Origin: Malacoraja senta
Taxonomy: Eukaryota
Assembly (NCBI GenBank): GCA_038087875.1
Contig: CM075989.1
Location: 18,354,001-18,418,000, forward strand
Direction of reading: 5' to 3'
Length of the DNA stretch: 64,000 nucleotides
In this document: positions 36,476-49,884 of the stretch, piece by piece
Layout: each line of letters starts with the position of its first letter
Position numbering within the stretch: the first letter of the stretch is position 1
The notes under the pieces: model-generated
The model's input: the letters and a program-made list of their open reading frames with translations, nothing else
Told to the model about the DNA's origin: nothing
Databases searched by the model: none
Made by a program: the position numbers and the translations under genes

Positions 36476-38827
36476 CTGGCAGGAGATACAGTGGATATGA
36501 GAATGATAGCAGGAAAGGGACCTTCAAGACAAGACAAAACATGAGTGTTTTATTGTCATATGTCCCGGATGGGACAATGAAATCCTTACCTTCACTTGTT
36601 GCCAAAGGTAGACACAAAATGCTGGAGTAACTCAGTGGGACAAGAAGCATCTCTGGAGAGAAGGAATGGGTGACGTTTCGGGTCGATACCCTGAAGAAGG
36701 GTCTCGACCCAAAACATCACCCATTCCTTCTCTCCAGAGATGCTGCCTGTCCCACTGAGTTACTCCAGCATTTTATGTCTACCGTCAATTTAAACCGGCA
36801 TCTGCAGTTCTTTCCTTCACTTGGAACTAAGTGTGGACTGGATTAAAGATTTTCTCCAGCGCAGAATGCAACAAATGGACAGTGGCATCATGATGAAATT
36901 GATCCTCGAGCACAAAGCTTTATCCCCAATGGCTATGGCAATGGTTTCCCAATGTCTTCTTCTTGGCACGATACTTTAAGGATGAACAGCAAAATTCATC
37001 ATTGTACAAATCAACATTATTTCCCAAATCAATACTACTGAAAATATCCTGCTGCTGTATTAGCCATAAGATGACAAGGTTGTAAGTGATAGGAGCAGAA
37101 TTAGGCCAATCAGCCCATCAATACTACTTCGCCATTCAACCATAGCCATAATATTTAGTTTAGTTACGGCACGGAAACAGGCCTTCGGCCCACTGAGTCC
37201 ACGCCAACCAGTGTTTTCTGTACACTAGCACTATCCTACTCACATAGAACAATTTACAATTTTTACTGAAGCCAAATTAACATATAGACCTGCACGTCTT
37301 TGGAGTGTGGAAGGAAACTGGAGCTTCCCAGAGAAAACCCATGCAGGTAACGTGGAGAACGTACAAACTCCGTGTGGACAAGCACTCGTATGTCATTCCT
37401 CAGCCTCCTATGCTTCAAGTAAAATAGTTCCCATCCTTTCCAACCTCTCTCTGTAACTCAAACCCACAAGCCCCAGTAACATCCTGTTGAATCTCTTCTG
37501 TGTCCTTTCCGACTTAATGCCATCCTTTCTGTAGCAGTGTGTCCAGATCTGCACACTACTTTGCTTACTCATTCCCCTCAGGAGATTAAATAAGGTTGGG
37601 AAAATTCTAATATTGCCAGTCGCAAACGGTAGGCGCAAGGTGTTAGCTTTCAGTCTGGAGATGAACGAACACCAGGAAGAAAACTAAACGATAAAAGCTT
37701 TTACCTGAATTAAGTGAATAATCTTTTAAATATTCCAGTATAATGAAGTGCTACCTTTAAGGATTATATGCTTAAAAATTAAATCTGTGCACATTAGTGC
37801 TGGAAGATAGAACACTTTCCAACTACTGCTGGATTCAGTGAAGTTTGTTTAGGTCTGTCCCTCTACTGTGTCCGAGTGTCTGTTCCCCAAATTCCCCGCT
37901 CGCCAATGTGTAATATCTTCCATTACCTCCACCCTATGGCCTTCGTGAAGAAACATTGCCAATACATTGCCAATCTGAGAGTATGTATGTTCTCTGATGG
38001 GGACAATGCTCATTAGGAATGAATTGAGATTGTTTAAATTAATTTCCCTCAGGAACATAATTGTGTTTGCAGGTACGGTGTCCTTAATATATTTATTTAA
38101 ATATAGACAATAAAAATGTATTCACAAACACTGGAGTAACTCTCCTGGTGGAAGGAGGGTCTCGACCCAAAACGTCGCCCATTCCTTCTCTCCAGAGATG
38201 CTGCCTGACCCGCTGAGTTGCTCCAGCATTTTGTGTCTACCTTCGGTGTAAACCAGCATCTGCAATTCCTTCGTATACAATCAAAATGTTGGAACAAGGA
38301 TCTACAGATGCTGGTTTACCAAGGAAAGACACAAAAGGCTGGAGTAGCTCAGTGGGTCTGGCAGCATCTCTGGAGAAAATGTGTAGGAACGAACTGGTTT
38401 AAATCGAAGGTAGAAATCTGAAGAAGGGTCTCGACCCGAAACGTCACCCATTCCTTCTCTCTGCCTGTCCCGTAGAGTAACTGTGGATAATATGGAGAGG
38501 TGAAGTTTTGGGTCGGGACATTGCAGGGGTGGGGAGGAAAGGAAAACTAGAAGTGTCAGGACAAAGCATGGCAGGGCACACCTGAAAAATAAGTATTTCA
38601 TATTGATTCCTCAATGTCTTAAACATCATATTCATCAATTGAAAAAGTTAATTTATGTTTTTTTATTCATAGATCCAGAGATGATTTTATGTTGATAAGA
38701 AATGTTGATAAGGATTTCAAATATGTCCGAATTGTTACACCTGGAAGACATGAGATTCCTCCTAGCAGGCAAATCAGACCATTTCCAAAAGATTTGGTCT
38801 CCATTTATCGACTTATTACAAGCATAA

Positions 38828-39142
38828 GGTGGGAGGGAGAGAGAAAACGGGGAATTACGGACCAGTTAGTCTAACATCGGTAGTGGGGAAACTGCTAGAG
38901 TCAGTTATTAAAGATGGGATAGCAGCACATTTGGAAAGTGGTGAAATCATTGGACAAAGTCAGCATGGATTTATGAAAGGTAAATCATGTCTGACGAATC
39001 TTATAGAATTTTTCGAGGATGTAATTAGTAGAGTGGATAGGGGAGAACCAGTGGATGTGTTGTATCTGGACTTTCAGAAGGCTTTCGACAAGGTCCCACA
39101 TAAGAGATTAGTATACAAACTTAAAGCACACGGTATTGGGGG
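38828..39142 (+). pseudogene. Young CR1 reverse transcriptase fragment running into the assembly gap
   Basis: Open frame 'NYGPVSLTSVVGKLLES...SQHGFMKGKSCLTNL...YLDFQKAFDKVPH'. Confidence 0.95.
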
Positions 39143-39342
39143 NNNNNNNNNNNNNNNNNNNNNNNNNNNNNNNNNNNNNNNNNNNNNNNNNNNNNNNNNN
39201 NNNNNNNNNNNNNNNNNNNNNNNNNNNNNNNNNNNNNNNNNNNNNNNNNNNNNNNNNNNNNNNNNNNNNNNNNNNNNNNNNNNNNNNNNNNNNNNNNNNN
39301 NNNNNNNNNNNNNNNNNNNNNNNNNNNNNNNNNNNNNNNNNN
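39143..39342. other. Assembly gap (200 N)
   Basis: Direct reading. Confidence 1.
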
Positions 39343-39705
39343 GCCCTTCAGCCCATCAAGTCCACCTCAACCAATGATCACCCGTTCACACTAGTTTGAT
39401 GTTATCCCACTTTCCCATCCACTCCCTACATATTCGGGGCAATTTACAGAGGCCAGTTAACCTACAAACTCACCTGTCTTTGGGATGTGGGTGGAATCCG
39501 GAGGAAACCCACATGGTCACAGGGGGAACAAGCAAACTCCGCACAGACAGCACCTGAGGTTGGGATTGAACCCGAGTCTCTGGTGCTGTGAGGAAGGAGC
39601 TCTACTAGCTGCGCTACTGTGCAGTCCATGAACTATGTGTCTCTCTCTTTGCTTTCGGACTTGCTAGGATTTGCAGCACTTGCTGCAGGTTTGACAGTAT
39701 TGTCA

Positions 39706-40195
39706 AGCCCCTGTCCCACGATGCGAGTTCACCCAAGAGCTCTCCCGAGTTTTTTAAAAAAAGCAAACTCGTGGTAAGTACGTAGAATGTACGTAGGACC
39801 TCGTGGATGTCCCGCAGTGGCTCGTAATGCGAACGGCAGGTACTTGGGAAACACGGTAACTAACGGCAGGTACTCGGAAAACGTGGTATCTAACGGCAGG
39901 TACTCGGGAAACACGGTAACTAACGGCAGGTACTCGGAAAACGCGGTATCTAACGGCAGGTACTTGGAAAACGCGGTATCTAACGGCAGGTACTCGGGAA
40001 ACTCTTGGACATTTTTCACAGTGTTGAAAAAACTTCACGAGTTACCGCGTTTCCTGAGTACCTGCCGTTAGCATTACGAGCCGCTACGGGACATCCACGA
40101 GGTCCTACGTACCTGCTACGTACATACCACGAGTTTTTGGGGGGTTTTAAACTCGGGAGAGCGCTTGGGTGAACTCGCATCGTGGGACAGGCCCT
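39706..40195. mobile_element. PIF/Harbinger-type MITE with an internal 30-bp tandem array
   Basis: TIRs (CCTGTCCCACGATGCGAGTTCACCCAAG...) and a TCA duplication at 39703-39705 and 40196-40198. Related to 4782-5082. Confidence 0.85.
39831..40002 (+). repeat. 30-bp tandem repeat TAACGGCAGGTACTCGG(G/A)AAAC(A/G)CGGTA(A/T)C, ~5.7 copies
   Basis: Direct reading. Confidence 0.95.
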
Positions 40196-40548
40196 TCAGT
40201 ATTGTACTTTGTAAAGGGCAGGGTTGATTGTCTGCAGCATTCTGACGCAGTCATTGTCAAACTGCTGAGCAGCTGTTGATTCTGTGGTGTGATACAGCTG
40301 ACCCAGATACTGTACAGAGAGGTTGCATCTCCCTGCATAGCTAGGCTCTGGCTCTCAAGATGACACCCGTGCTGCTGCTGCTGCTGCAGTGGGACAGAAG
40401 GTCGGGGACTGTGATCCCTGACGCAAGTCCACGAAACGATTACCTCAAAACAAAAATCAGTTTTACATCATAGGGTGGCACAGACTTCTCCAACTTCTCC
40501 CTATAACTCAAGCCTGCAAGCCCAGGGAACATCATGATGAATCTTCTT

Positions 40549-41050
40549 AGTTTCAGATATAGTTACAAGAGACACAGCATGGAAAATGGCCCTTCGGCCG
40601 ACCAAGTCAATGTTGACCAACAATCACCCATACAATAGTTCTATCCTTCGCACTAACTTACAGCAGCTGATTAACCTACAAACATGGAATAAAGGGGGAG
40701 ACTGGAGCACTCGGAGAAAGCCCACGCGGTCACAGGGAGAATGTACAAACTCCGGGCGGTACAGTGGCGCCACGGTAGAGTTCCGTGTTCGATCCTGACT
40801 ACAGGTGCTGCCTGTACGGAGTTTGTACGTTCTCCTGCTTAGGTTTTGGAGCATTGGGGTTTTCTCCGGATCTCCGGTTTCCTCCCGCGCTCCAAAGACG
40901 GTGCAGGTCCGTAGGTTAATTTTCTTGGTATAATTGTAAATTGTCCCTAGTCTGTGTAGAAATAGCGTCAGTGTGCGGGGATCGCTGGTCGGCTTGGACT
41001 CGGTGGGCTGAAGGGTCTGTTTCCGTGCTGTATCTCTAAACTAAACTAAA
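40549..41050. mobile_element. Two HE1-like SINEs fused head-to-head
   Basis: Minus copy up to ~40755, plus copy from ~40755. Confidence 0.8.
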
Positions 41051-41425
41051 CCCAAATCAACGCCATCAATTTCTCATCATCATGGTCCATTACCAGTCAT
41101 GGAAAGTAGCCTGAAACTTGTTCAATATTCACATTACATCAAGGACATCTAGAGTCAGGAGTGTTAATTATCATATGTATCGTCAATGGAACAATGAAAT
41201 TCTTACCTGCTGCAGCTTTAGAGACCAATTAATGCAATATCACAGAATAAATATAAAATAATCAATAATACAACAAATTAATCATCAGTAATACTGGGCC
41301 CATAAGAGTGTAAAAAACAAAGTCCATCGTTAGATACTACTTTCGAGAAAAGCATCTTGTATTTAATTGCCAATGCAAGATGCCATGATATTTTGCATTG
41401 GTTAAAAGTTATCAAGGTTAACTAA

Positions 41426-41733
41426 GGGCGGCACGGTGGTGTAGCGGTAGAGTTGCTGCCTTTCAGCGCCAGAGACCTGGGTTCGATCCTGACTACAGGT
41501 GCTGTTTCTACGGAGTTTTACGTTCTCCCTGTGACCTGTGTGGGTTTTCCACGTGTGCTCCGGTTTCCTCCCTCACTCCAAAGAAATACAGGTTTGTAGG
41601 TTAATTGGCTTGATAACGTTTGTAATTTGCCCCCAGTGTGTATAGGATGGTGTTAGTGTGTGGGGATCGCTGGTCGGCACGGACACGATGGGCCAAAGGG
41701 CCTGTTTCCAAGTTGTATCTCTAAACTAAACTA
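41426..41733 (+). mobile_element. HE1-like V-SINE, full length
   Basis: A/B boxes, core and tail. Confidence 0.9.
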
Positions 41734-42016
41734 CAGTAAACAGTTAAATGATGTTTTAAATCATATATCCACTCTGAATTCTGAGCTGATTAGAACAAAC
41801 CATCTCAAATTCTTGGAATGATTCTTGGAAAAGGTTGCGACGTTTTTAGATGGTGCTGTTTCAGTGTTTATTCCACGGACTTCCCACAGAAGTAAAATAC
41901 TCCATCTTTCTTATAAGGTCATAAGTGATAGGAGCAGAATTAGGCCATTCGGCCCACCAAATCTACTCCGCCATTCAATCACGGCTGATCTATCTCTCCC
42001 TCATAATCCCATTCTC

Positions 42017-42851
42017 TTTCCCAAACGTATCATCTATTTGTGATAAATGTCAATCCCAAGAAGCAACTATAGCGCACTCATTTGTCTTCTGTACAAAAAT
42101 TCAAAAATTTTGGAATGAAATTTTTGAAATCTTTACAAAGTTATTTAAAACAAGACTGATACCCAAAGCAGAATGGATTATCTTCGGAATAACGGAAGAT
42201 GATCCAGAACTAAATGTGTTTCAAAAGAAATTAATGGATTATGGGTTAATAATTGGAAAAAAGCTAATTCTAAAATTTTGGAAGAAGGCTCCAATACCAA
42301 CTATAAATATGTGGATTTCAAATATGTTTGAAACACTACACCTTGAAGAGATAAGACTCCTCCTAGCAGGTAAACCAGATCACTTCCACCTGACGTGGTC
42401 TGCATTTATAGAATTATTACAAACATAGGGTGCAAAAGTACTTTAAAAAAATAAAAAATTGAGGTCGGGTAAGGGGGGATGATAGTTGAAGAGTTGGTAT
42501 GTCCTATTTACGTGATGCTCAAAAAAAAAAAAAAACATTTGTTTTTCTTTTTTTCTCTCTCTCTTTTCTTTTCTTAGGGCCTATTTCTTAACTCTTTTTT
42601 TTTTGTTTTTAATTTCGCTTTCATAGGGTCCTCGTCCTTTTTTTTTTTTGTTGTTACATTTTCTACACTTTTCTACACTTGCACTTTTTCCTTCACTTTC
42701 TTCTCTCTTTCAATCTTTTCTTTCTTTAGCGTAAAAAAAAAAATAAAGGGAGTACATTAATTGTAAGAAGATATAAATGACGAGTATTAATGTATGTGGC
42801 TGTGATGTAATGTACTTCTAATAAATAAAAATTAAAAAAAAAAAAAAAAAA
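42017..42851 (+). mobile_element. 5'-truncated L1-clade LINE inserted in a CR1 3' UTR
   Basis: Open ORF2 C-terminus with the CxxC-x8-H-x4-C knuckle (CDKC...HSFVFC), stop at 42428, AATAAA and poly(A). Perfect 14-bp TSD ATAATCCCATTCTC at 42003-42016 and 42852-42865. Confidence 0.92.
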
Positions 42852-43628
42852 ATAATCCCATTCTCCTCCCTTCTCCCCATAACCCCTGACACCCTAAATC
42901 AATAATTTATCTAAGATAGACACAATTAGCTGGAGTAACTCAGCGGGACAGGCAGCATCTCTGGAGAGAAGGAATGGGTGACGTTTCGGGTCTGAAGAAG
43001 GGTCTCGAATATCCATTGACTTGGCCTCCACAGCCTTCTGTGGCAAAAAAATCCACAGATTCACCACCCTCTGACTAAAGAGGGTATAACCTGCAGTCGG
43101 GCTGCCACGGCCTGTGTCTAATCACAGTGCGTAGTCCCTAAACAATATTTAAAATGCATTGTATGACAATTGAGGCAGTAAGCTTTAAGCTAGAGAGAAG
43201 GAGACGGTGAGAATAGGCTGTTAGACATTTTGAGTAGGACCTTCTGAATTCTGAAATTGATGTCACGCCGTCATCATTTTTTCTTGATATATTCATCATT
43301 TTCCTTCACAAAGACAGACGATGCTGCAGACAATATATCTCTGCAGATCTCTGACAGATCTCTACCACTTCCCAATAATTTACACTATAAAAGTATCATC
43401 CCCCCCCCCCCCCCCACTAGTGAGAACCAATGCCATAGGTTGTGCAAAATGCCAATGCAGAAGGGTAAAAGGCCAGAATATTGTGTTCAGAAGTAATTCC
43501 GAGTGATTGCCGTCCTGCTCACATAAGGGACAGGGTGGCAGGTAGGACCATTGGTTCTCTTGCAGCACCCCTCAAAGAGTGGGCTTTGGTTTGTCATGGG
43601 AATTGGGTCAGATTGTGAACAGACAATT

Positions 43629-44172
43629 GGGCGGCACGGTGGCGCAGCGGTAGACCTGCGTTTGCAGCTCCGGAGATCCGGGTTCGATCCCAACTACGGG
43701 TGCTGTCTGTACGGAGTTTGTACCTTCTCCCTGTGACCGCGTGGATTTTCTCCAAGATCTTCGATTTCCTCCCACACTCCAAAGATGAACAGGTTTGAAG
43801 GTTAATCGAAGGTAGACAAAAGTGCTGGAGAAACTCAGCGGGTGCAGCAGCATCTATGGAGCGAAGGAAATAGGCAACGTTCCGGGCCGAAACCCTTCTT
43901 CAGACTGATGTAGGGTGGGGTGGGGGGGGGGGGGGGGGTGCGGGGAGAAGAAAGGAAGAGGAGGAGTCAGAGGGCTGAGGGAGAACTGAGAAGGGGAGGA
44001 GACAGCAAGGGCTACCAGAAATTGGAGAAGTCAATGTTCATGCCTTCGGTATAAGTGTAAAGTGTCTCTAGTGTGTGTAGGATAGTGTTAATGTGCGGGG
44101 ATCTCTGGTCGGTGCCGACTCGGTGGGCTGAAGGGCCTGTTTCCACACTGTATCTTTAAAACTAAACTAAAA
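43629..44172 (+). mobile_element. HE1-like SINE interrupted by a Penelope 3' end (~43807-44043, -)
   Basis: SINE halves flank a terminal repeat plus the last GIY-YIG codons (MNIDFSNFW). Confidence 0.85.
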
Positions 44173-45625
44173 CTTATTTTGAAACCATTGTATTAAAAGG
44201 TAGCCAAAGATAGACACAAAATGAGTCTGAAGAAGGGTCTCGACCCAAAAGGTCACCTATTCCTTCGCTCCATAGATGCTGCCTCATCCACTGAGTTTCT
44301 CCAGCATTTTTGTCTACCTTCGATTTTTCCAGCATCTGCAGTTCCTTCTTAAACACAAAATGCTGGAGTAACTCTGCGGGTTAGGCAGCATCTCTGGAGA
44401 GAAGGATCAGGTGATGTTTTGGATTGAGTGCTTTCATCAGACTCATTTGAAGGGTCTCGACCTGAAATGTGGGGTGGAAGATTGCAACCTTCACGTGGTC
44501 CACCCTGTTTCGACTAATGCAATCAACCCAACGTGCACAAACAAATAGATCAAATGGAACAAGTTGACTTGCAACTTTAGGCTGTGTACGACGTACACAA
44601 GACGAAGAAGACCAGAAATGTCACCTATTCCTTTTCTCCAGAGATGCTGAACAAACAAACAACGATCTCCAGTAAAACACAAAGTGCTGGCGTAACTCCG
44701 CGGATCTGGCAGCATCTGTGGAAGGAATGGACAGACGGCATTTCAGATTGGGACCCTATTTCAGTCTGAAGATGGGTCCCAACCTGAACTGCCGTCACAA
44801 TCTGAAGAAGGGTCCCGACCCCCGAAACATCGTTGACCATTCCCTTCCACAGATGCTGCCTGACACGCTGAGTTCCTCCTGCACTTTCTTTTTTGTTCAC
44901 GATTCCAGCATCTGGAGTTTCTTGTGTCTCCAATCAACCTCATGTGCATGCAGCGATGAATGCCATTGACAAAGATTGCCCCCTTTGATCATTTCCAGGG
45001 ACTACGACCGGCTTTACCACCGTCCCATGGCTTTAACTGAATCTTACACCATTTTGTAAGCTGCCAACATTGCCGTTCGACAAAACGCATGCTGTGTTTC
45101 TTTCAGCATGAAATTGCCCTGTTGGAATTAATTGGACTGTTTGTGTTTTTGAAGAGACGTGTTTGTACATCTTTGATAGTTTTAATTTGAAGTTGGACTC
45201 GCCGACCTAAGCCATTAATAATTAGATCTGCTGATGCTGTTTTGCTTCAGTGAGAAATTTAAGATCTTCACCGACTGATGTTTGCGTGTAATGTCCCTTC
45301 TCTGATTTATTTTTCAAGAAATATGGGAACATGGTGTGTCGTATTTTAAAGCAGATGAAAGTTATAAACTTTTATTAATTATGGAAGCAATTACCACGTT
45401 TGAACACAAATTGTGCTCTAAACCGGATCAAGCTTATCATGTGTTTGATCTCGTGAAGCTGAGCTCACGTTGGTGTCTGGTTGTGTACGTTCTCTCTTTA
45501 TGGTCTCCAATTGAAACTGTACAATGCCTAGTACATCTCAGATTAAAGTCGATGGGTACCAGTCCACCAACATCTTCCTTTCAGAACAACCTCTGTATGC
45601 AACAAACTAGGAGAACAGAAAACAG

Positions 45626-46292
45626 TACAGGGAGAGGTTGAGTAGGCTGGGACTCTATTCCTTGGAGTGCAGGAGGACGAGGGGTGATCTTATAGAAGTG
45701 TATAAGATCATGAGAGGAATGGATAGGGTAAACGCACAGTCCTTCACCCAGAGAAGGTGAATTGAGAACCAGAGGACATAGGTTTATGGTGAGGAGGAAA
45801 GGAATTAATAGGATCCTGAGGGGCAACGTTTTTACACAAAGGGTGGTGGGTGTATGGAACGAGCTGCCGGAGGAGGTAGTTGAGGCAGGTACTATCACAA
45901 TGTTTAAGAAACATTCAGACAGGTACATGGACAGGTAGGTTTAGAGGAATCTAATGCAGGCAGGTGGGACTAATGTAGAAGGGGCATGTTGGTCGGTGTG
46001 GACAAGTTGAGCCGAAGGGCCTGTTTCCGTGCTGTGTGACTATAACTCTTAGTCCAGTCCTTACATCCTTACTCATCAAAAAACCTGTCAATCTCTGTCT
46101 TAAAAATATCCATTGAACGTGGCCTCCACAGCCTCATCTGTGGTGATCAACTCCACAAATTCACCACCCTCTGACTAAAGAAATTCCTTCTCATCTCCTT
46201 TCCAAAGGTCTGTCCTTATATTCTGAGGCTATGGCCTCTGGTCCTAGACTCCCCCACTAGTGGGAACATCCTCTCCACATCCACTCTATCCA
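45626..46292. mobile_element. Two CR1 3' fragments, tail to tail
   Basis: Plus copy ~45626-46050 and minus copy ~46075-46292. Confidence 0.85.
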
Positions 46293-47374
46293 CATTTACC
46301 TTACCGGGAGACGGCAAAAATGGGTCAAACCACGGCCAGGATCAACGTGCCAATATTGAGTCCATGCTCTTCTCCAACTCCAACGAGGACCCGAACTGGA
46401 ATCCTGCCTAATTAATCCAACAAACGACACCTCGATCAACACTAGAATGTGGTTGCTTCAAACAACTGTATCTGGTTGGGTCAGTAGCTTGGTTTTTGAT
46501 AGAACTAAAGGACACTGAAGAGCTGGTCAGCCTGGTCTCCATCTCTGCATCTGCATGTTATACATTTTCACATCTTGTACAAATTACAACCGAGCAATGT
46601 ACAAGAAGGAACTGCAGATGCTGGTTTACACCGAAGATAGACACAAGATGCTGGAGTAACTCGGCGGTTTATCTGGTTTCTTAATGCCCTGGAGTAAGGT
46701 ACGGCATCCTAGCTGATTCCGTAGCTTCATCAGTTTCTCAGTGGCTGTGTTAGTAAGCAAACCCTTTGCTTGAAACTCTGTAGTGAACAGGGTCCCGGGG
46801 AATACAAAGGCCTGCGCATTGGTGCTGCCAGTGTATTAGTGATTGTTTCGCCAACATCAGCCACAGTGGGAACACCCGTGAGCTGAGAGCTCAAAACCTC
46901 TGGGGAGTGTTGGCAGGCAGATGTTTATTGGCTCCTTGTCGCAAACATCGCACGATCTGCACTACAAAACCAATGATTTTTGTTTTTGATGTCAAGCTCG
47001 GTTTTAGTTTTGCATATTGGCAGCATCCTCTGGCTTTGTGAACAGATTGGAAACGAGACTCCTGCCCCACAGTGCTCCTCCTCAACATAATGCAATTCTT
47101 CAGTGGAGAAATTATGTCCTTCTGATTTCACTCTTGCGAGTTGCGCACTAAATTTTTAACGAGAAACATGAGCTGTGTCGGTTAGTTATCACTTTTACTA
47201 TTCAAGACGGATTTTTAAAAACAGTTGGGAGACTGCCAATAAATTAAATATTGCAAGCTACAATCTCGCAGTGAGGCAGAGAAAAACAATGCAATGTGAT
47301 TACAGGCACAAGGAACCGCAGATGCTGGTTTTACAAAAGAATAGACACAAAGTGCTGGAGGAACTCAGTGGGTC

Positions 47375-47668
47375 AATTATTCAATTCAATTATTATTATT
47401 TATTTGTCATTTGGACAAATTTGTCATTTGGACCCCTTGAGGTCCAAACGAAATATCGTTTCTGCAGCCATACATTACAAAACGAAGAAGACCCGAGACA
47501 CAACACAATTTACACATACATCCATCACAGCGCTGTGATGGAAGGCAAAAAAACATATCTCTCCACTGCACTCCCCCCCCCCCCCGATGTCAGAGTCAAA
47601 GTGAAAGCCCCCGGCGGGCGATGGTGATTATCCCGTGGCCATTAAAGCCACGCCGGGTGATGCAAGTT
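47375..47668 (-). mobile_element. Unclassified retroelement 3' end nested in a Penelope unit
   Basis: Simple-repeat AT tail on the left. G(T/C)GGGTCA is repeated at both junctions and the host unit resumes afterwards. Confidence 0.5.
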
Positions 47669-47869
47669 CGCGGGTCAGGCAGTATCTTAGCAAGAGGTGG
47701 TCCACAGTGTTCCATTGTTGAGGTAGGTGTTGGGTTGTGCAGGCTGGTTCAAGGGCCTGATAGTTGTAGGCAAGTAGCTTTTCCTGCACCTGGTGGTGTG
47801 GGACTTCAGGCTTCTGTACCTCCTGCCCAACAGTAACAGTGAGAAGGCACAGCCCGATCACTGGGGCTC

Positions 47870-48187
47870 CTGGATGTGGAGAGTCTAGGACCAGAGGCCA
47901 AAGCCTCATAATGGACATACCTTTAGAAAGGAGATGAGGAGGAATTTCTCTAGTCAGAGGGTGGTGAATCTGTGGAATTCATTGCCACAGAAGGCTGTGG
48001 AGGCCTGATCAATTTATACTTTTAAGGCAGAGATAGATAGATTCTTGATTAGTACAGGAGTCAGAGGTTATGAGGAGAAGGCAAGAGAATGGGGTTGAGA
48101 GGGAAAGATAGATCAGCCATGATTGAATGGCGGAGTAGACTTGATGGGCCGAATGGCCTAATTCTGCTCCTACAACTTATGAGCTTA
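47870..48187 (+). mobile_element. CR1 3' fragment
   Basis: Same family as 8522-8868. Confidence 0.85.
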
Positions 48188-48614
48188 TAAATGATAGATG
48201 CTGCCTTGTTGAGGCAGCGCCTCATGTAGATGCTTTCGATGGTGGGAAGAGCTGTGCTGTTGATGGAGCAGGTGGAGTCCACCACTCCCTGCAGCCTCTT
48301 GCATTCCTGTGCGTTTTAATTGCAATGCAACCAGCCAAGATACTTTGGTATAAAGGGAGGAACTGGTTTCCACTGAAGATAGACAGAAAATGCTGGAGTA
48401 ACTCAACGGGAGAGGCAGCATCTCTAGAGAAGAGGAATAGGTGATGTTTCGGGTCGAAACCCTTGTTCAGACTGAGAGTCTGAGGTCTGAAATCTGAAGC
48501 CTTTCAGTCGGAAGAAGGGTTTCGATTCGAATCGTCACCTATTACTGTTCTCCAGAGATGCTGCCTGACTCGCTGAGTTACTCTGGCACTTTGTGTCGAC
48601 TTCAGTGTAAAAGT

Positions 48615-48936
48615 AGTTTTGTTTAGTTTTATTTAGTTTAGAGATACTGTACAATGTGAAAACAGGCTCTTCAGCTCACCGAGTCCATGCGATCCCCGCA
48701 CACTAACGCCATCCTATACACAGCAGGGACAATTTGTAATTATACCCAGCCAATTAACCCCAGGAACCTGTACGTCTTTGGAGTGCGGGAGGAAACTGGG
48801 GATCCCGGAGAAAACCCACGCAGGTCACGGGGAGAATCAACAATCTCCGTACAGACCAGCACCCATAGTATGGATCGAACCCGGGTCTCTGGCGCTGCAA
48901 GGCAGCAACTCCACCGCTGTGCCGCAGTGCCACCCC
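48615..48936 (-). mobile_element. HE1-like V-SINE
   Basis: Reverse match to the recurrent SINE. Confidence 0.9.
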
Positions 48937-49585
48937 TAGTTGAGAGTGGGTTGGACAACGGGTCCTTCTGCTCCTTCTCTGTGTTCCTGATCACAAATGG
49001 GACCGCAGAGACCACCTCAACTCTTTTCACCGTCTGACAGCTAAACCCACTATAGCAGAACATTGCCACTATAATCATGTCATTAGAACAATACTGTGTC
49101 TGCTCCCAAACCTGTCAGCGGATCAGCTATAGCAATAATGGAGCTCAAATCTCAGAGAGATAAGAGAAGCCGAGCTTATTATGAGATGGGTCAATGACAT
49201 GAAATTGAGTTGAGTTTGAGGGAACCAATTTTTGTTACCGTAACAAGAAAATTGTATGTGAATGGATTTATTTCCAAATGGCAGATTCATATCTTATTCT
49301 TTAAAGAGATCATTTTAAATGAAGTGTTAATGGATTGGAAACGATGATTACTTTTGGTGCCGGAGAGATCTGTGCAGCATGAAGAGAAAGCTGTGGCATA
49401 AATGTTGTGAGTAAGAAACTAAATACAACTTCTGTATTATTGTTTGCCTTCAGGATTTGGAAATCGCAATTCATTTTTGCTGTTAATAATTTTCCTTGTA
49501 TTGATTTCAGCGTTTCAGTTCTGAAGCGAGCTGCTGAAGTGTTATGGGAGCGTGCATTTACTGTGAATGCCATGCCTGATCTCAT

Positions 49586-49768
49586 GTGGAAGAAAGAACT
49601 GCAGATGCGGGTTTTAATCGAAGGGAGGCACAAATTGCTGGAGTAACTCAGCGGGTGAGGCAGCATCTCTGGAGAGAAGGAATGGGCGGCGTTTCGGGTC
49701 GACGTCGTCCATTCCTTCTCTCCAGAGATGCTGCCTCACCCGCTGAGTTACTCCAGCTATTTGTGTCT
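49586..49768. mobile_element. Fold-back Penelope unit with TSD
   Basis: ATGCCTGATCTCAT is duplicated at 49572-49585 and 49769-49782. Confidence 0.85.
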
Positions 49769-49884
49769 ATGCCTGATCTCATCCTGTCCATAACTGTGTC
49801 GTGATGACAATGAGAGAGTGTCAGGGCACATGTGCTTGAATAGTCACCTTATGGATGCCATTAAGCTAAAAAGAGTGCAGAGAA

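Noticed and set aside
39831..40002. CRISPR-like 30-bp repeats and repeat-protein ORFs
   Set aside because: These are contiguous tandem units inside a MITE, with no spacers.
46306..46404. Minus-strand cag...gtaag bounded 99-bp open exon candidate
   Set aside because: No polypyrimidine tract and an unrecognisable peptide. It abuts a CR1 fragment.
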